Virus record (IMG/VR): IMGVR_UViG_3300037484_001955
Location: 1 to 29,261 of that record
Length of the DNA stretch: 29,261 nucleotides
Direction: 5' to 3' (one strand)
Source of the DNA: a virus
Lineage: Duplodnaviria > Caudoviricetes
The translations under genes were made by a program, and so were the position numbers. The notes beneath the pieces are model-generated. The model was given only the letters and a program-made list of their open reading frames with translations. It did no database searches and was not told where the DNA came from. Below, piece after piece: positions 18,709 to 27,026 of this stretch (the stretch's first letter is position 1; each line of letters begins with the position of its first letter).

Positions 18709-20898
18709 ATGGCTACTTTATCAGCAAAACAAAAACAGGAGTTGGACATCGCCGCCTCTCGTCGAGCCGCCGGAAAGGCAACCTCGACGGACATTTCTAA
18801 TTTAACTTATGCCGAAAAAAGTTTGGGTTATAAATATACCCCAATCGCGGCACCAGTGGCGACGTCTCCGGCTCCGGTAGCCATAGCACCAAAACCAATT
18901 GTCGCACCGGTTGTGCCGACACCAGCACCTGTCGTTCCTTCCCCCGTCGTTCCTAAACCAACACCTGTCGCACCCGCGCCAGCAGCCCCGGTTGCCGCCG
19001 CGCCGACTTTGACTGCTAAACAGAAATCGGAACTTGATATTGCCTCGGCGAGAAAAGCGTCGGGAACGGCTACGGCCACGGATCTTGCCAACCTTAATTA
19101 CGCGACTAAAAATCTTGGCTATGTTTATACTCCGATAGCACCAGCGGCAACACCAACGGTAACACCACCGGCACCAACGCCAACCGCTCCGGCCGCAACA
19201 GCGCCCGCCGCCGTAGCACCAGCCGCGTCAACAATTCCTTTTAAAAGTGGATTGACCGACGCACAAAAGGCGAGCATTACACTCTTATCTAAAAAGCCAG
19301 CGGCGCAATGGACAGATACTGACAAGGCAAACTGGAACTATGCTACAAATAATGCGGCTATTCCCGGAGCAACGCCGTCCGCTACTGCTCCGGCCGCAAC
19401 CGTTCCTTTCAAAACTGGATTATCAGAAACTCAAAAGGCAAGCATTACTCAATTATCACAAAAACCGCCCGATCAATGGACACAGACAGATAAAGATAAT
19501 TGGAATTACGCTACAAACGGCGCACCAATTCCCGGAACTGTCAACGCCGGCACCGACGCGGCAAATGGCACAAAAGATTTTAGCAATATAAATAATATTG
19601 CCGACGCCAACGCGGCGATTAACGCCGATCAAGAAGCAGACATCGCCGAAGGAGAAGCAGGGGACGCCCCGCCAATCAAGCAATCTTATCTTGATACGGT
19701 CGCCTCGGCGAAGGCAATGGAAGAGGCATTAACGCCGGAAACAAACGCCCCCGCGGCGCCAGAATATGCGGCAAAACAAGCCGAATTGCGCACGACTTAC
19801 GGTTTGGATACATTAGAGACCGAACTCAATGATTTAAACGCTCAGGCGCGAGAAATTGAAGCCACAAAACGAGCCAGAGTAGAGGCAGAGCGAGGCAAGA
19901 CAGTTGCGACAAATGTCATCGCCGGCCGAATAAGCGAGGCGGAACAACAAGAAAACACACGACTTGATGAAATAAACCGGCAGATTGCCTATAAGAGCGA
20001 CCAATTGACCACAAAATACAAGGTCATTGATTCTATAATGGGAGCGACAAAAGAGGACTACGAAACGGCTTCGGCGGCATACAAGACGGAATTTACGAAT
20101 AATGTAGACATGTTTAATTTATTGCACGGTATTCAGGAAGAAGAAAAGACAGAAGCGGACAAAAAGATTTCCGACGCGCGCGCTTCGCTACAAATTGTTT
20201 ATAACCAGTTGACGAGCGGCGAAGTGTCGGCTGAAAATCTGTCGCCTGACCAAAAGGCATTGATTACGAAACTTGAACTTCAAGCCGGTCTGCCGGTTGG
20301 ATTTTATGAGACGATGAAAAATAGCGACCCGAAAGCTAATATTCTCGGGACTTATAACTGGACTGATTCCGCCAATAACGAAATGGTATCTGTCCTAACC
20401 AAAGACCCGACGACCGGAGAGATTAAGACGACGAATGTCTCACTTGGAGCGGCTAAGGCGACAAAAGCGACGGGAGGAGGGAGCGGAGGCGGAGGTGGGG
20501 GCGGGGAGTCGACAAACACAACACTAACAGATCAACAAATTAACACTTATACCAGTTGGATGAATCAAGCAAAGGGAGAAGACGGCTATACTAATACCGG
20601 AACATATAGGGATATTTATAATCAGATCGCTTCAATGTCTGGTCCAAAAGCGGCCGCAGAATTTTTAAAAAGATTTCCCGCGTCTGCTTGGTTAAATCCT
20701 AAAGATGCTACTGCCGCGACTTTCTTTGGCACAAAACCAAGTGGGTTAAGTGTTGCGGAGGGAAGCACTCCAAAATGGGAAGATCAAAAAGTTGTGTGGC
20801 AATGGTTGGCTTCGCCGGAAGCCCAATCAATGGATGATGAAGAAAAGAGAACTCAAATCCAAGCAGCCGGATTTAATCCTGAAGATTTTGGACTTTAA
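18709..20898 (+). CDS. Putative internal virion (ejection) protein with four ~45-aa modules and Pro/Ala/Thr linkers
   Basis: Internal repeats, coiled coil and Gly linker; position after the tail genes. Confidence 0.6.
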   Translation: MATLSAKQKQELDIAASRRAAGKATSTDISNLTYAEKSLGYKYTPIAAPVATSPAPVAIAPKPIVAPVVPTPAPVVPSPVVPKPTPVAPAPAAPVAAAPTLTAKQKSELDIASARKASGTATATDLANLNYATKNLGYVYTPIAPAATPTVTPPAPTPTAPAATAPAAVAPAASTIPFKSGLTDAQKASITLLSKKPAAQWTDTDKANWNYATNNAAIPGATPSATAPAATVPFKTGLSETQKASITQLSQKPPDQWTQTDKDNWNYATNGAPIPGTVNAGTDAANGTKDFSNINNIADANAAINADQEADIAEGEAGDAPPIKQSYLDTVASAKAMEEALTPETNAPAAPEYAAKQAELRTTYGLDTLETELNDLNAQAREIEATKRARVEAERGKTVATNVIAGRISEAEQQENTRLDEINRQIAYKSDQLTTKYKVIDSIMGATKEDYETASAAYKTEFTNNVDMFNLLHGIQEEEKTEADKKISDARASLQIVYNQLTSGEVSAENLSPDQKALITKLELQAGLPVGFYETMKNSDPKANILGTYNWTDSANNEMVSVLTKDPTTGEIKTTNVSLGAAKATKATGGGSGGGGGGGESTNTTLTDQQINTYTSWMNQAKGEDGYTNTGTYRDIYNQIASMSGPKAAAEFLKRFPASAWLNPKDATAATFFGTKPSGLSVAEGSTPKWEDQKVVWQWLASPEAQSMDDEEKRTQIQAAGFNPEDFGL

Positions 20899-20911
20899 TT
20901 TAAAATAATTT

Positions 20912-23900
20912 ATGTCCTTAAATAGTTTTATCCAAGAAAAGAAAGGCCTATCTTCTGCCCCAAGCACTTCATTAAATAACTTTATTGCTGAAAAAAACGG
21001 AACTGTTCCGATCGAACAAAAAGAAGAAAAAAAATCTTTTTTGGGAAAAGTATCTGATTTTGTAATTAGCAGTGAAAAGGCATTTGCTCAAACACTCGGA
21101 GAAGCCGGAGCAGCTATATCGGGAACACGAAAATCAGTAGAAGAAACAAATGAAAGTTTGATTGCTGCCGGTGATAACTATTTAAAACTGGCAAAAAAAC
21201 AAACTGATCCAAAAAAGAAGGCGTATTATTTAGGAGAAGCACGGAAAATATTCGCTCAATCAGGCAAAACATTTTCCGAAGTATTGCCAAGCGCCGAGAA
21301 AACTCCTTTACAAATTTATGCCGAAGGGGCTGGGGTCGGGTTGGATGTTGCTTTAGCCGGCGGAGGATTATCATTATTAAAAAAGGGATTAACAAAAACC
21401 GTTGAGATAGGCGCGAAAAAAACCGCAGAAGTTGTTTTGAAAAAATCTGCTTCAGAAATTGCCAAAGATGTGGCCAAAAGAACTTTAAAGGATAGTTTAA
21501 TCGGCGGAACTTACGGACTGGTTAATACGGCCCAACAAAAAGACGCTACCGCCGTTGATTATTTAAAAGGTGGAGCGTTAGGCGCCGCGGCTGGTGCAGT
21601 ATTGCCTCCTGTTTTAGGCGGTGCAGCTAAGGCAATTGGTTTTGGTTTGAAAAAATTTGGTGGTAAAGTCGGTCAAGGATTAGAATCTTTGGCGACTAAA
21701 GCCGAACAGGTGGCCGAAAAGAAAAGTGAAAATTTAGGAACTCGTTTTTATGAAAAAGTAGATACAAAGCCAACATTTACTCAAAAGGTAGCCGAAGTTA
21801 CGGCTACGACCATAAGAGGATTACAAAAACTTCCAGGAAAAATTGCTACGGAAGTGCTTGATAAATACACCCCAATAAAAACTTTTACGGAAAAATTAAA
21901 AAAATATGGGTTAGAGACGCCTGATTTACTCGACATGGTTCAATCTGCAAGGTATAAAGCGGCTGGAAGAGCGGAAAATAAACTTGATGATTATTTGGCG
22001 TTGAGAAAAATGTATGGTGATGATTGGCAAGCCGTCAAAGAATATTCGCATTATCTTGATGATTTGGATAGATTGTCTAACGGAAATAAAATTGCCGGAG
22101 ATCGGACGGTTGATCAAGTAGTTTCTGATATGCAAAAACTTGAGGGGAATATTCAACCGGAAAAATTAGCAAAAATAAAAGACGGGCAAAGGGAACTCCA
22201 AAAATTTCTTAATGACGAATTGATGGACGCCGTTGATAGTGGAAGATTATCACCGGAACAATATAAACTTATAAAAGAAAAACATCCAAATTATATCCCC
22301 CATGATGTCTTGGATTATCTTGACGAAGAACAATTAACCCAGGGGATCGGTAAATCTTTTAATGTTTCAAAAAGTGGAATTGAAAAAGCGAAAGGGTCAA
22401 CACGAGAAATTGACGATATTGATAATGCTGTTACGCGCCGGTTATTTAGACAAAATTTGCTTAATGAAAAAAATAAAACTATCAGCGCCGTAATTAAATC
22501 TGGGAAAAAAATGAACGAGCAATTAGGCGAATCGGGAGGATTTATTCCCTTAAGGACGGCGGAAAATGTAGAAAAAAGAGGACAATATTATAGAGAACTA
22601 AAAGATTATAGGGAGATGATTAACTTGGCATTAAAGGAAATCAGAGATAATAAAAATGTCAACAAAATTTATGCTCAAAGGGTAAATAGATTAAACGAAA
22701 AATTAAAACAACAAGAGGATGAGTTTTTTGATGAGTTGAGATTATTGAGTGGTGAAAATAATGATTTGGACCAGTTATACCAGAGGACTCTAACTGATAG
22801 AGAGGCAGTGAGAGCGGCAAATGAATTTAGTTTTACTTCAGAAATGGAAAAAGGTTATCAGAATTTTAAGGAATTGGCTAAAAAAAGAAGGTGGATGTTA
22901 GAGGTTGATGATACTGGATTAAAAACTAGACTGGCTAAACAAAAGCCAGAATTTAATGTTGATGACCAATTATTTCAGGGTGTCGATGAAATGACTAACG
23001 ATGAAATGTTAGGTAAATTTCAAAAAAGATTTTTGCAGGAAAGTAAATTACCAAAAGAGCAGAAAGGTTTTATAAAAAGATATGAGGTGCATACAAATAG
23101 GATGAATGAGGCCACCGGGAAAATAATGGATACAGAAGTCGCATTAAAAACAATGGCTGAAGTGCAAACAGGGGCGGAAAAAAATATAGGTGGTTTGGAA
23201 AGTTTTTTGGATGATATTAAAGGGAGAAAAAAAGAGATTTTTGAAAATCTAAAATTATTGAAAGACATAAAAGCAAAACGTGTAGATTTTACCAAGGAAG
23301 GATTTGAAAATATCTCGTATTTTAATAATGGAGTAAAAGAAGATTGGTTGATCCCAGAAGACATCGGTCGCGCGCTTAAAAATTTAAACGGAGAAGAAGC
23401 GAGCAAAATAATGAGCTGGTTTAATAACACTTCACTCGGAAAATTCGTCACTATGCCGGCAAATTTATTGAGAAAAGTCGCAACTTCAGTTAATCCTTTA
23501 TTCGCTATTTTTAGAAATCCAAGCAGAGATATGCAGACGGCTATTATTACCGCCGGAGATGACTATGCCAAGGGCTTGATCAAAACAATTTTTGGAAAAC
23601 ACGACGAAGAGCTGTATCGTTTGGCCCGGGAAAGTGGAGCATTACAAGGCAGTATTTTTAGAGAATTTTCAAAACCAGAACAACTTTTAGCGGAAAAAGC
23701 AAGAGAAAAAATAGGGTTTGCACAAAAGGTTTTGAGGCCAGATAAAATCATAGAAGGTTGGGGTCAAAAAATGGAAGAATTGACGAGAATGTCTGTTTTT
23801 ACCGGGGCTTTAAAAAATGGAAAAACCGCTCAAGAGGCGGCTAAGATTGCTCGTAACGCCACGGTTGATTTTGGAAAATCTGGTCAAACAATTCAAGTTT

Positions 23901-24745
23901 TAAATAAATTGATTCCGTTTTTAAACGCAAGAATACAAGGATTTTCTAATTTGGGTAGCGCAATCGCGCGTGATCCGACAATGGCCGTTCGTTCTTTGAT
24001 GTGGTCGGCTGCTTATCCTCAAGCGGTTTTAACTTCTTTCAATTCAAGATATGAAAGTTATAAAAATATTCCTGATTATGAAAAAAGAAAATATTGGATA
24101 GTAATGGTGGGAGAATCAAAAGGAAAGGATTTACAGGGGAACTCGATAACTACGCCTCATTATTTAAAAATTCCAAAAGGTGAGGCGCAACAAGCCGTGA
24201 GCAATGTCGTTGAAAGGGTCTTAACTATAGGACAAGAAAAATATCCTGATAGCACGCTTGCTTTCACCGGTAAACTTATAGGTGATATTTCTCCAGTAAC
24301 GGAGAGTAGTTTATTACCAACTGGCTTTCAGCAAGTGGTTGAATTGAAAACAAATTATTCCTTATTTAAGGACAAGCCAATTGAGGGGCAATATACAAAA
24401 GTTGGGAATAAATGGTTTGAAACAAGTAAAATTGAGCCGCGCTACAGAACATCACTTAATACATCGGTGGCCGCAAAGTTTATCGGCAATGCTTTAAATT
24501 GGAGTCCAACTAAAATAGATTATATTATCAAGACCGGAGTTCTCGGGGATATAGTTCGTATCTTCGACTTACCAATAAAATTAACAGATAAAAAACAGAC
24601 GCTCTTTGAGAAGGCGACTGAATTACCAGTTGTTTCTGGAATACTTGGATCTGCCGACTACGGACAACAACAAGCGAAAAAAGCGTTTGAGGAAAAACAA
24701 GAAAAAGAAAAAAATACTAAAAAAGTATTGAATGAATTGAAGTAA
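20912..24745 (+). CDS. Large internal virion/polyvalent protein with LPD38-like C-terminus
   Basis: G/A-rich hydrophobic N-terminal helices; EAAKIARNATVDFGKSG...IPFLNARIQG...YKNIPDYEKRKYW...YLKIPK pattern. Confidence 0.7.
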   Translation: MSLNSFIQEKKGLSSAPSTSLNNFIAEKNGTVPIEQKEEKKSFLGKVSDFVISSEKAFAQTLGEAGAAISGTRKSVEETNESLIAAGDNYLKLAKKQTDPKKKAYYLGEARKIFAQSGKTFSEVLPSAEKTPLQIYAEGAGVGLDVALAGGGLSLLKKGLTKTVEIGAKKTAEVVLKKSASEIAKDVAKRTLKDSLIGGTYGLVNTAQQKDATAVDYLKGGALGAAAGAVLPPVLGGAAKAIGFGLKKFGGKVGQGLESLATKAEQVAEKKSENLGTRFYEKVDTKPTFTQKVAEVTATTIRGLQKLPGKIATEVLDKYTPIKTFTEKLKKYGLETPDLLDMVQSARYKAAGRAENKLDDYLALRKMYGDDWQAVKEYSHYLDDLDRLSNGNKIAGDRTVDQVVSDMQKLEGNIQPEKLAKIKDGQRELQKFLNDELMDAVDSGRLSPEQYKLIKEKHPNYIPHDVLDYLDEEQLTQGIGKSFNVSKSGIEKAKGSTREIDDIDNAVTRRLFRQNLLNEKNKTISAVIKSGKKMNEQLGESGGFIPLRTAENVEKRGQYYRELKDYREMINLALKEIRDNKNVNKIYAQRVNRLNEKLKQQEDEFFDELRLLSGENNDLDQLYQRTLTDREAVRAANEFSFTSEMEKGYQNFKELAKKRRWMLEVDDTGLKTRLAKQKPEFNVDDQLFQGVDEMTNDEMLGKFQKRFLQESKLPKEQKGFIKRYEVHTNRMNEATGKIMDTEVALKTMAEVQTGAEKNIGGLESFLDDIKGRKKEIFENLKLLKDIKAKRVDFTKEGFENISYFNNGVKEDWLIPEDIGRALKNLNGEEASKIMSWFNNTSLGKFVTMPANLLRKVATSVNPLFAIFRNPSRDMQTAIITAGDDYAKGLIKTIFGKHDEELYRLARESGALQGSIFREFSKPEQLLAEKAREKIGFAQKVLRPDKIIEGWGQKMEELTRMSVFTGALKNGKTAQEAAKIARNATVDFGKSGQTIQVLNKLIPFLNARIQGFSNLGSAIARDPTMAVRSLMWSAAYPQAVLTSFNSRYESYKNIPDYEKRKYWIVMVGESKGKDLQGNSITTPHYLKIPKGEAQQAVSNVVERVLTIGQEKYPDSTLAFTGKLIGDISPVTESSLLPTGFQQVVELKTNYSLFKDKPIEGQYTKVGNKWFETSKIEPRYRTSLNTSVAAKFIGNALNWSPTKIDYIIKTGVLGDIVRIFDLPIKLTDKKQTLFEKATELPVVSGILGSADYGQQQAKKAFEEKQEKEKNTKKVLNELK

Positions 24746-24746
24746 T

Positions 24747-24953
24747 TTACCAATCGGGAAGTTCGTCGTATTGGCCGGGGCCTTCACTAGGAATATCATT
24801 TCCTCTTGTTCCACCAAAGATCATCGCATAAATTATCCAAACTCCAACGATTCCCAAACCTATAAAAAGGATAACACCTAAAAAATATTGGAATGGTGGC
24901 CACTTAAATAATAATTCAAACGGATCGGAATTTAGAAATTTTTTAAAATTCAT
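24747..24953 (-). CDS. Small membrane protein
   Basis: One TM helix; tightly packed in the minus-strand cassette. Confidence 0.7.
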   Translation of the reverse strand: MNFKKFLNSDPFELLFKWPPFQYFLGVILFIGLGIVGVWIIYAMIFGGTRGNDIPSEGPGQYDELPDW

Positions 24954-24956
24954 AAT

Positions 24957-25175
24957 TTAATATTTAAAATCTTTATCTATTCCATTTTCCCTCAAACACC
25001 TTACATAAAAAATATCTAAATCAGCAGTATTTCCACGAACACTTTTTGCTCTATCCAAAGACCAAAGATAACAGGCCTTAATTACTTTTCTTGGTATCCA
25101 GGTATATTGAACAAAAATAAATCCCAAAATGATTGATAAAAAAATTAGGATTGTTATTAGCCATTTATAAGTCAT
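24957..25175 (-). CDS. Small membrane-anchored protein with a Cys pair
   Basis: N-terminal TM helix; KAC...YVRCLRENG. Confidence 0.75.
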   Translation of the reverse strand: MTYKWLITILIFLSIILGFIFVQYTWIPRKVIKACYLWSLDRAKSVRGNTADLDIFYVRCLRENGIDKDFKY

Positions 25176-25182
25176 AACTTAA

Positions 25183-25758
25183 TTATTTTTTCTTCAACAA
25201 TTCGGGGTGTTTCTCAAAATATTTATCCCTTAACATTAACGCCATGACAAATAAAATATCAGAATACGCCAGGGGAGTATCTTCAAATGAAGGGTGGTTA
25301 TAAGCAAAAGTTTGGACTTCATTAAACTCGGGATTTTCCATCTTTTGTATAAATAATTTTAAACAAGCGCGCTCCACTTCCAAGGGAGAATCAAAAGACA
25401 TAGTTTCAAGTTCGGAAAGTAAAGAATCTAAAAGAGAGTTTAAAAGTTTTTCCGCACCACTTTCAATATATAACTTTTTCCCGGACAGATTAAGCACGCG
25501 AGGACTGTGGCTCTGCGAATAACACGACGTATTGATGACGTTCTTTTCCATTAAAATACTATTTAACTTATCAAAACCGCTTTCTATGCTCTTTAAAGTT
25601 ATGGCCATTGCCGGGAAATCGTTTTTACACACCTTATTAGTATCCGAACAAAATTTCGTTACTTTAAAAACTAAAAAACCGGTAGCCAAGATAACAATCG
25701 CATAAATGGCAATTTGCGGATAATAGGATATTAAAAAATTTAAAATTATGTCCAGCAT
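25183..25758 (-). CDS. Membrane-anchored hypothetical protein
   Basis: N-terminal TM helix, SHSPRVLN motif, helical C-terminus. Confidence 0.8.
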   Translation of the reverse strand: MLDIILNFLISYYPQIAIYAIVILATGFLVFKVTKFCSDTNKVCKNDFPAMAITLKSIESGFDKLNSILMEKNVINTSCYSQSHSPRVLNLSGKKLYIESGAEKLLNSLLDSLLSELETMSFDSPLEVERACLKLFIQKMENPEFNEVQTFAYNHPSFEDTPLAYSDILFVMALMLRDKYFEKHPELLKKK

Positions 25759-25766
25759 ATTCCTTA

Positions 25767-25775
25767 ATTATAGCA
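25767..25775 (-). promoter_or_regulatory. Extended -10 promoter TGcTATAAT
   Basis: Perfect TGnTATAAT ending 8 nt before ATG 25758. Confidence 0.55.
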
Positions 25776-25791
25776 AAAAAATGATTATTCT

Positions 25792-26085
25792 TTAATTAAG
25801 CGTCTCACAAACCACGCCGTCGCCATCTCTGTCTAAATTGTGGGGATCGTAGCCCGGGCCGCCCTGATCTTCAAAAAACTCCTGCGCTTCTCCTTGACTG
25901 CTAAAATCGGCACAATCCCTGTCTTCCACTTCTTCGTCTTCATCAACATAATCTCGCGTTTCAAAGGGATTGTCCGTTCTCTCAAAAGTGCCTGCCGGTT
26001 CGGAGTAAGACGACTTAATTTCACTACTACCGCACCCCGCACCGATCAAAAGCAATGCCCCCACTAAAAATAAGAGTTTTTTCAT
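25792..26085 (-). CDS. Lipoprotein with an Excalibur-type calcium-binding domain
   Basis: Lipobox LLIGAG-C; DCADFSSQGEAQ...LDRDGDGVVCE (DxDxDGxxCE). Confidence 0.88.
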   Translation of the reverse strand: MKKLLFLVGALLLIGAGCGSSEIKSSYSEPAGTFERTDNPFETRDYVDEDEEVEDRDCADFSSQGEAQEFFEDQGGPGYDPHNLDRDGDGVVCETLN

Positions 26086-26115
26086 AAGGCGATTTATTAA
26101 AAACTTAATTCTTTA

Positions 26116-26143
26116 AGATTAACACACTAAATTAACCTGTCAA
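26116..26143 (-). promoter_or_regulatory. Sigma70-like promoter for the minus-strand cassette
   Basis: TTGACA-N16-TAATCT with a TG extension, ~30 nt upstream of ATG 26085. Confidence 0.5.
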
Positions 26144-26175
26144 CAACAAAGTTTTAACTATTAAGATACAAATTT

Positions 26176-26478
26176 ATGGGGACAACCTTATTACTCGGCG
26201 CGATTATCACAATTCTTGTAAGAATCGTAAAATGGCTGACGGCAAAAATCGGGGGAGAAATGGCCGGGGCAATTACTTTGATCGTCGCTTTTCTTTTTTC
26301 CGCCCTGGCCGCCTTGCTATGGAAAGGTTGGTCGCTCGGGGATTTTAAATTACTGATGAATTGGGAAGTGATTGTTTCACTATTCGGAATTTCTATGGCT
26401 ATTTACGAGGTTGTTGTAAAGAGAATAATCAAGCCAGTTTTGGACAAAATATCTGATAAAATGGCGGATATAAATTAA
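26176..26478 (+). CDS. Putative holin
   Basis: 100 aa, three hydrophobic helices, charged C-terminus, upstream of the endolysin. Confidence 0.6.
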   Translation: MGTTLLLGAIITILVRIVKWLTAKIGGEMAGAITLIVAFLFSALAALLWKGWSLGDFKLLMNWEVIVSLFGISMAIYEVVVKRIIKPVLDKISDKMADIN

Positions 26479-26516
26479 TAGTTTATAAGGCGGCAGATAG
26501 AAAGGAAGAGGAAGCG

Positions 26517-26696
26517 ATGGTCTACGAAGTTTGGAAGTGTCCTGATTGTCGTTGCGTTCACGGGTGCAAGTGGGGCGACCACACGAATCATTGTGAGGTT
26601 TGCCCTCCGAGCCAGCAGGCCTCTTGCGCGATGCACGAGACGGCCGAGAGGAAGTGGGTGTATTGCGCGGATTGTAAGAAAGGCAAGAAGCGATGA
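26517..26696 (+). CDS. 59-aa Cys/His-rich putative Zn-binding protein (not in ORF track)
   Basis: Translated by hand: MVYEVWKCPDCRCVHGCKWGDHTNHCEVCPPSQQASCAMHETAERKWVYCADCKKGKKR; three CxxC; purine-rich leader. Confidence 0.7.
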   Translation: MVYEVWKCPDCRCVHGCKWGDHTNHCEVCPPSQQASCAMHETAERKWVYCADCKKGKKR

Positions 26697-26869
26697 AGTG
26701 GTGCTACACGGTCGAAAGCAACTTGAAATGTCCGCGAGACGGGACAAGATTGAAGGAGGTGCGGAAAAGTGATGATCCGCGGCCATACTTCTATTGCCCG
26801 TTTTGTAAGCACCTTTTCCAACTTTCGCGGCGACCGGAGAAATTACTCTCTATTGCGCCGGAGAAGTAG
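26693..26869 (+). CDS. 58-aa zinc-ribbon protein (not in ORF track)
   Basis: Translated by hand: MKWCYTVESNLKCPRDGTRLKEVRKSDDPRPYFYCPFCKHLFQLSRRPEKLLSIAPEK; ATGA overlap with the previous ORF. Confidence 0.7.
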   Translation: MKWCYTVESNLKCPRDGTRLKEVRKSDDPRPYFYCPFCKHLFQLSRRPEKLLSIAPEK

Positions 26870-26893
26870 GAAAAATCTGCCGCCTACTTCTTT

Positions 26894-26930
26894 ATAAATC
26901 TATGCAAAATAAAATAAATCTATGCAAAAT
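26894..26930. repeat. 17-bp direct repeat, period 20
   Basis: ATAAATCTATGCAAAAT at 26894-26910 and 26914-26930. Confidence 0.9.
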
Positions 26931-26937
26931 TAATAAT

Positions 26938-27016
26938 GCGCGCTTTGTTTAAGAGTAATACGCCGTGCGGCCCTCTGCCTATAACGGAGATGGCGGTGCG
27001 AATCCGCCAGCGCGCA
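26938..27016 (+). ncRNA. tRNA-like element 2 (cloverleaf with 15-nt anticodon loop)
   Basis: Acceptor GCGCGCT/AGCGCGC; D-arm GTTT-AAGAGTA-ATAC; stem CCGT/ACGG; variable AGAT; T-arm GGCGG-TGCGAAT-CCGCC; discriminator A; no encoded CCA. Confidence 0.75.
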
Positions 27017-27026
27017 AACTAAAATT

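Larger units (their letters stand above)
26488..26885. repeat. 11-bp perfect inverted repeat bracketing two Cys-rich ORFs
   Basis: AGGCGGCAGAT (26488-98) and ATCTGCCGCCT (26875-85). Confidence 0.75.

Noticed and set aside
26475-26821. Minus-strand ORFs of 103 and 77 aa
   Set aside because: Antisense to two coupled + strand Cys-motif ORFs that explain the region better.
26938-27016. Functional decoding tRNA or intron-containing tRNA
   Set aside because: 15-nt loop without U33, no assignable anticodon, no bulge-helix-bulge, too short for a self-splicing intron.
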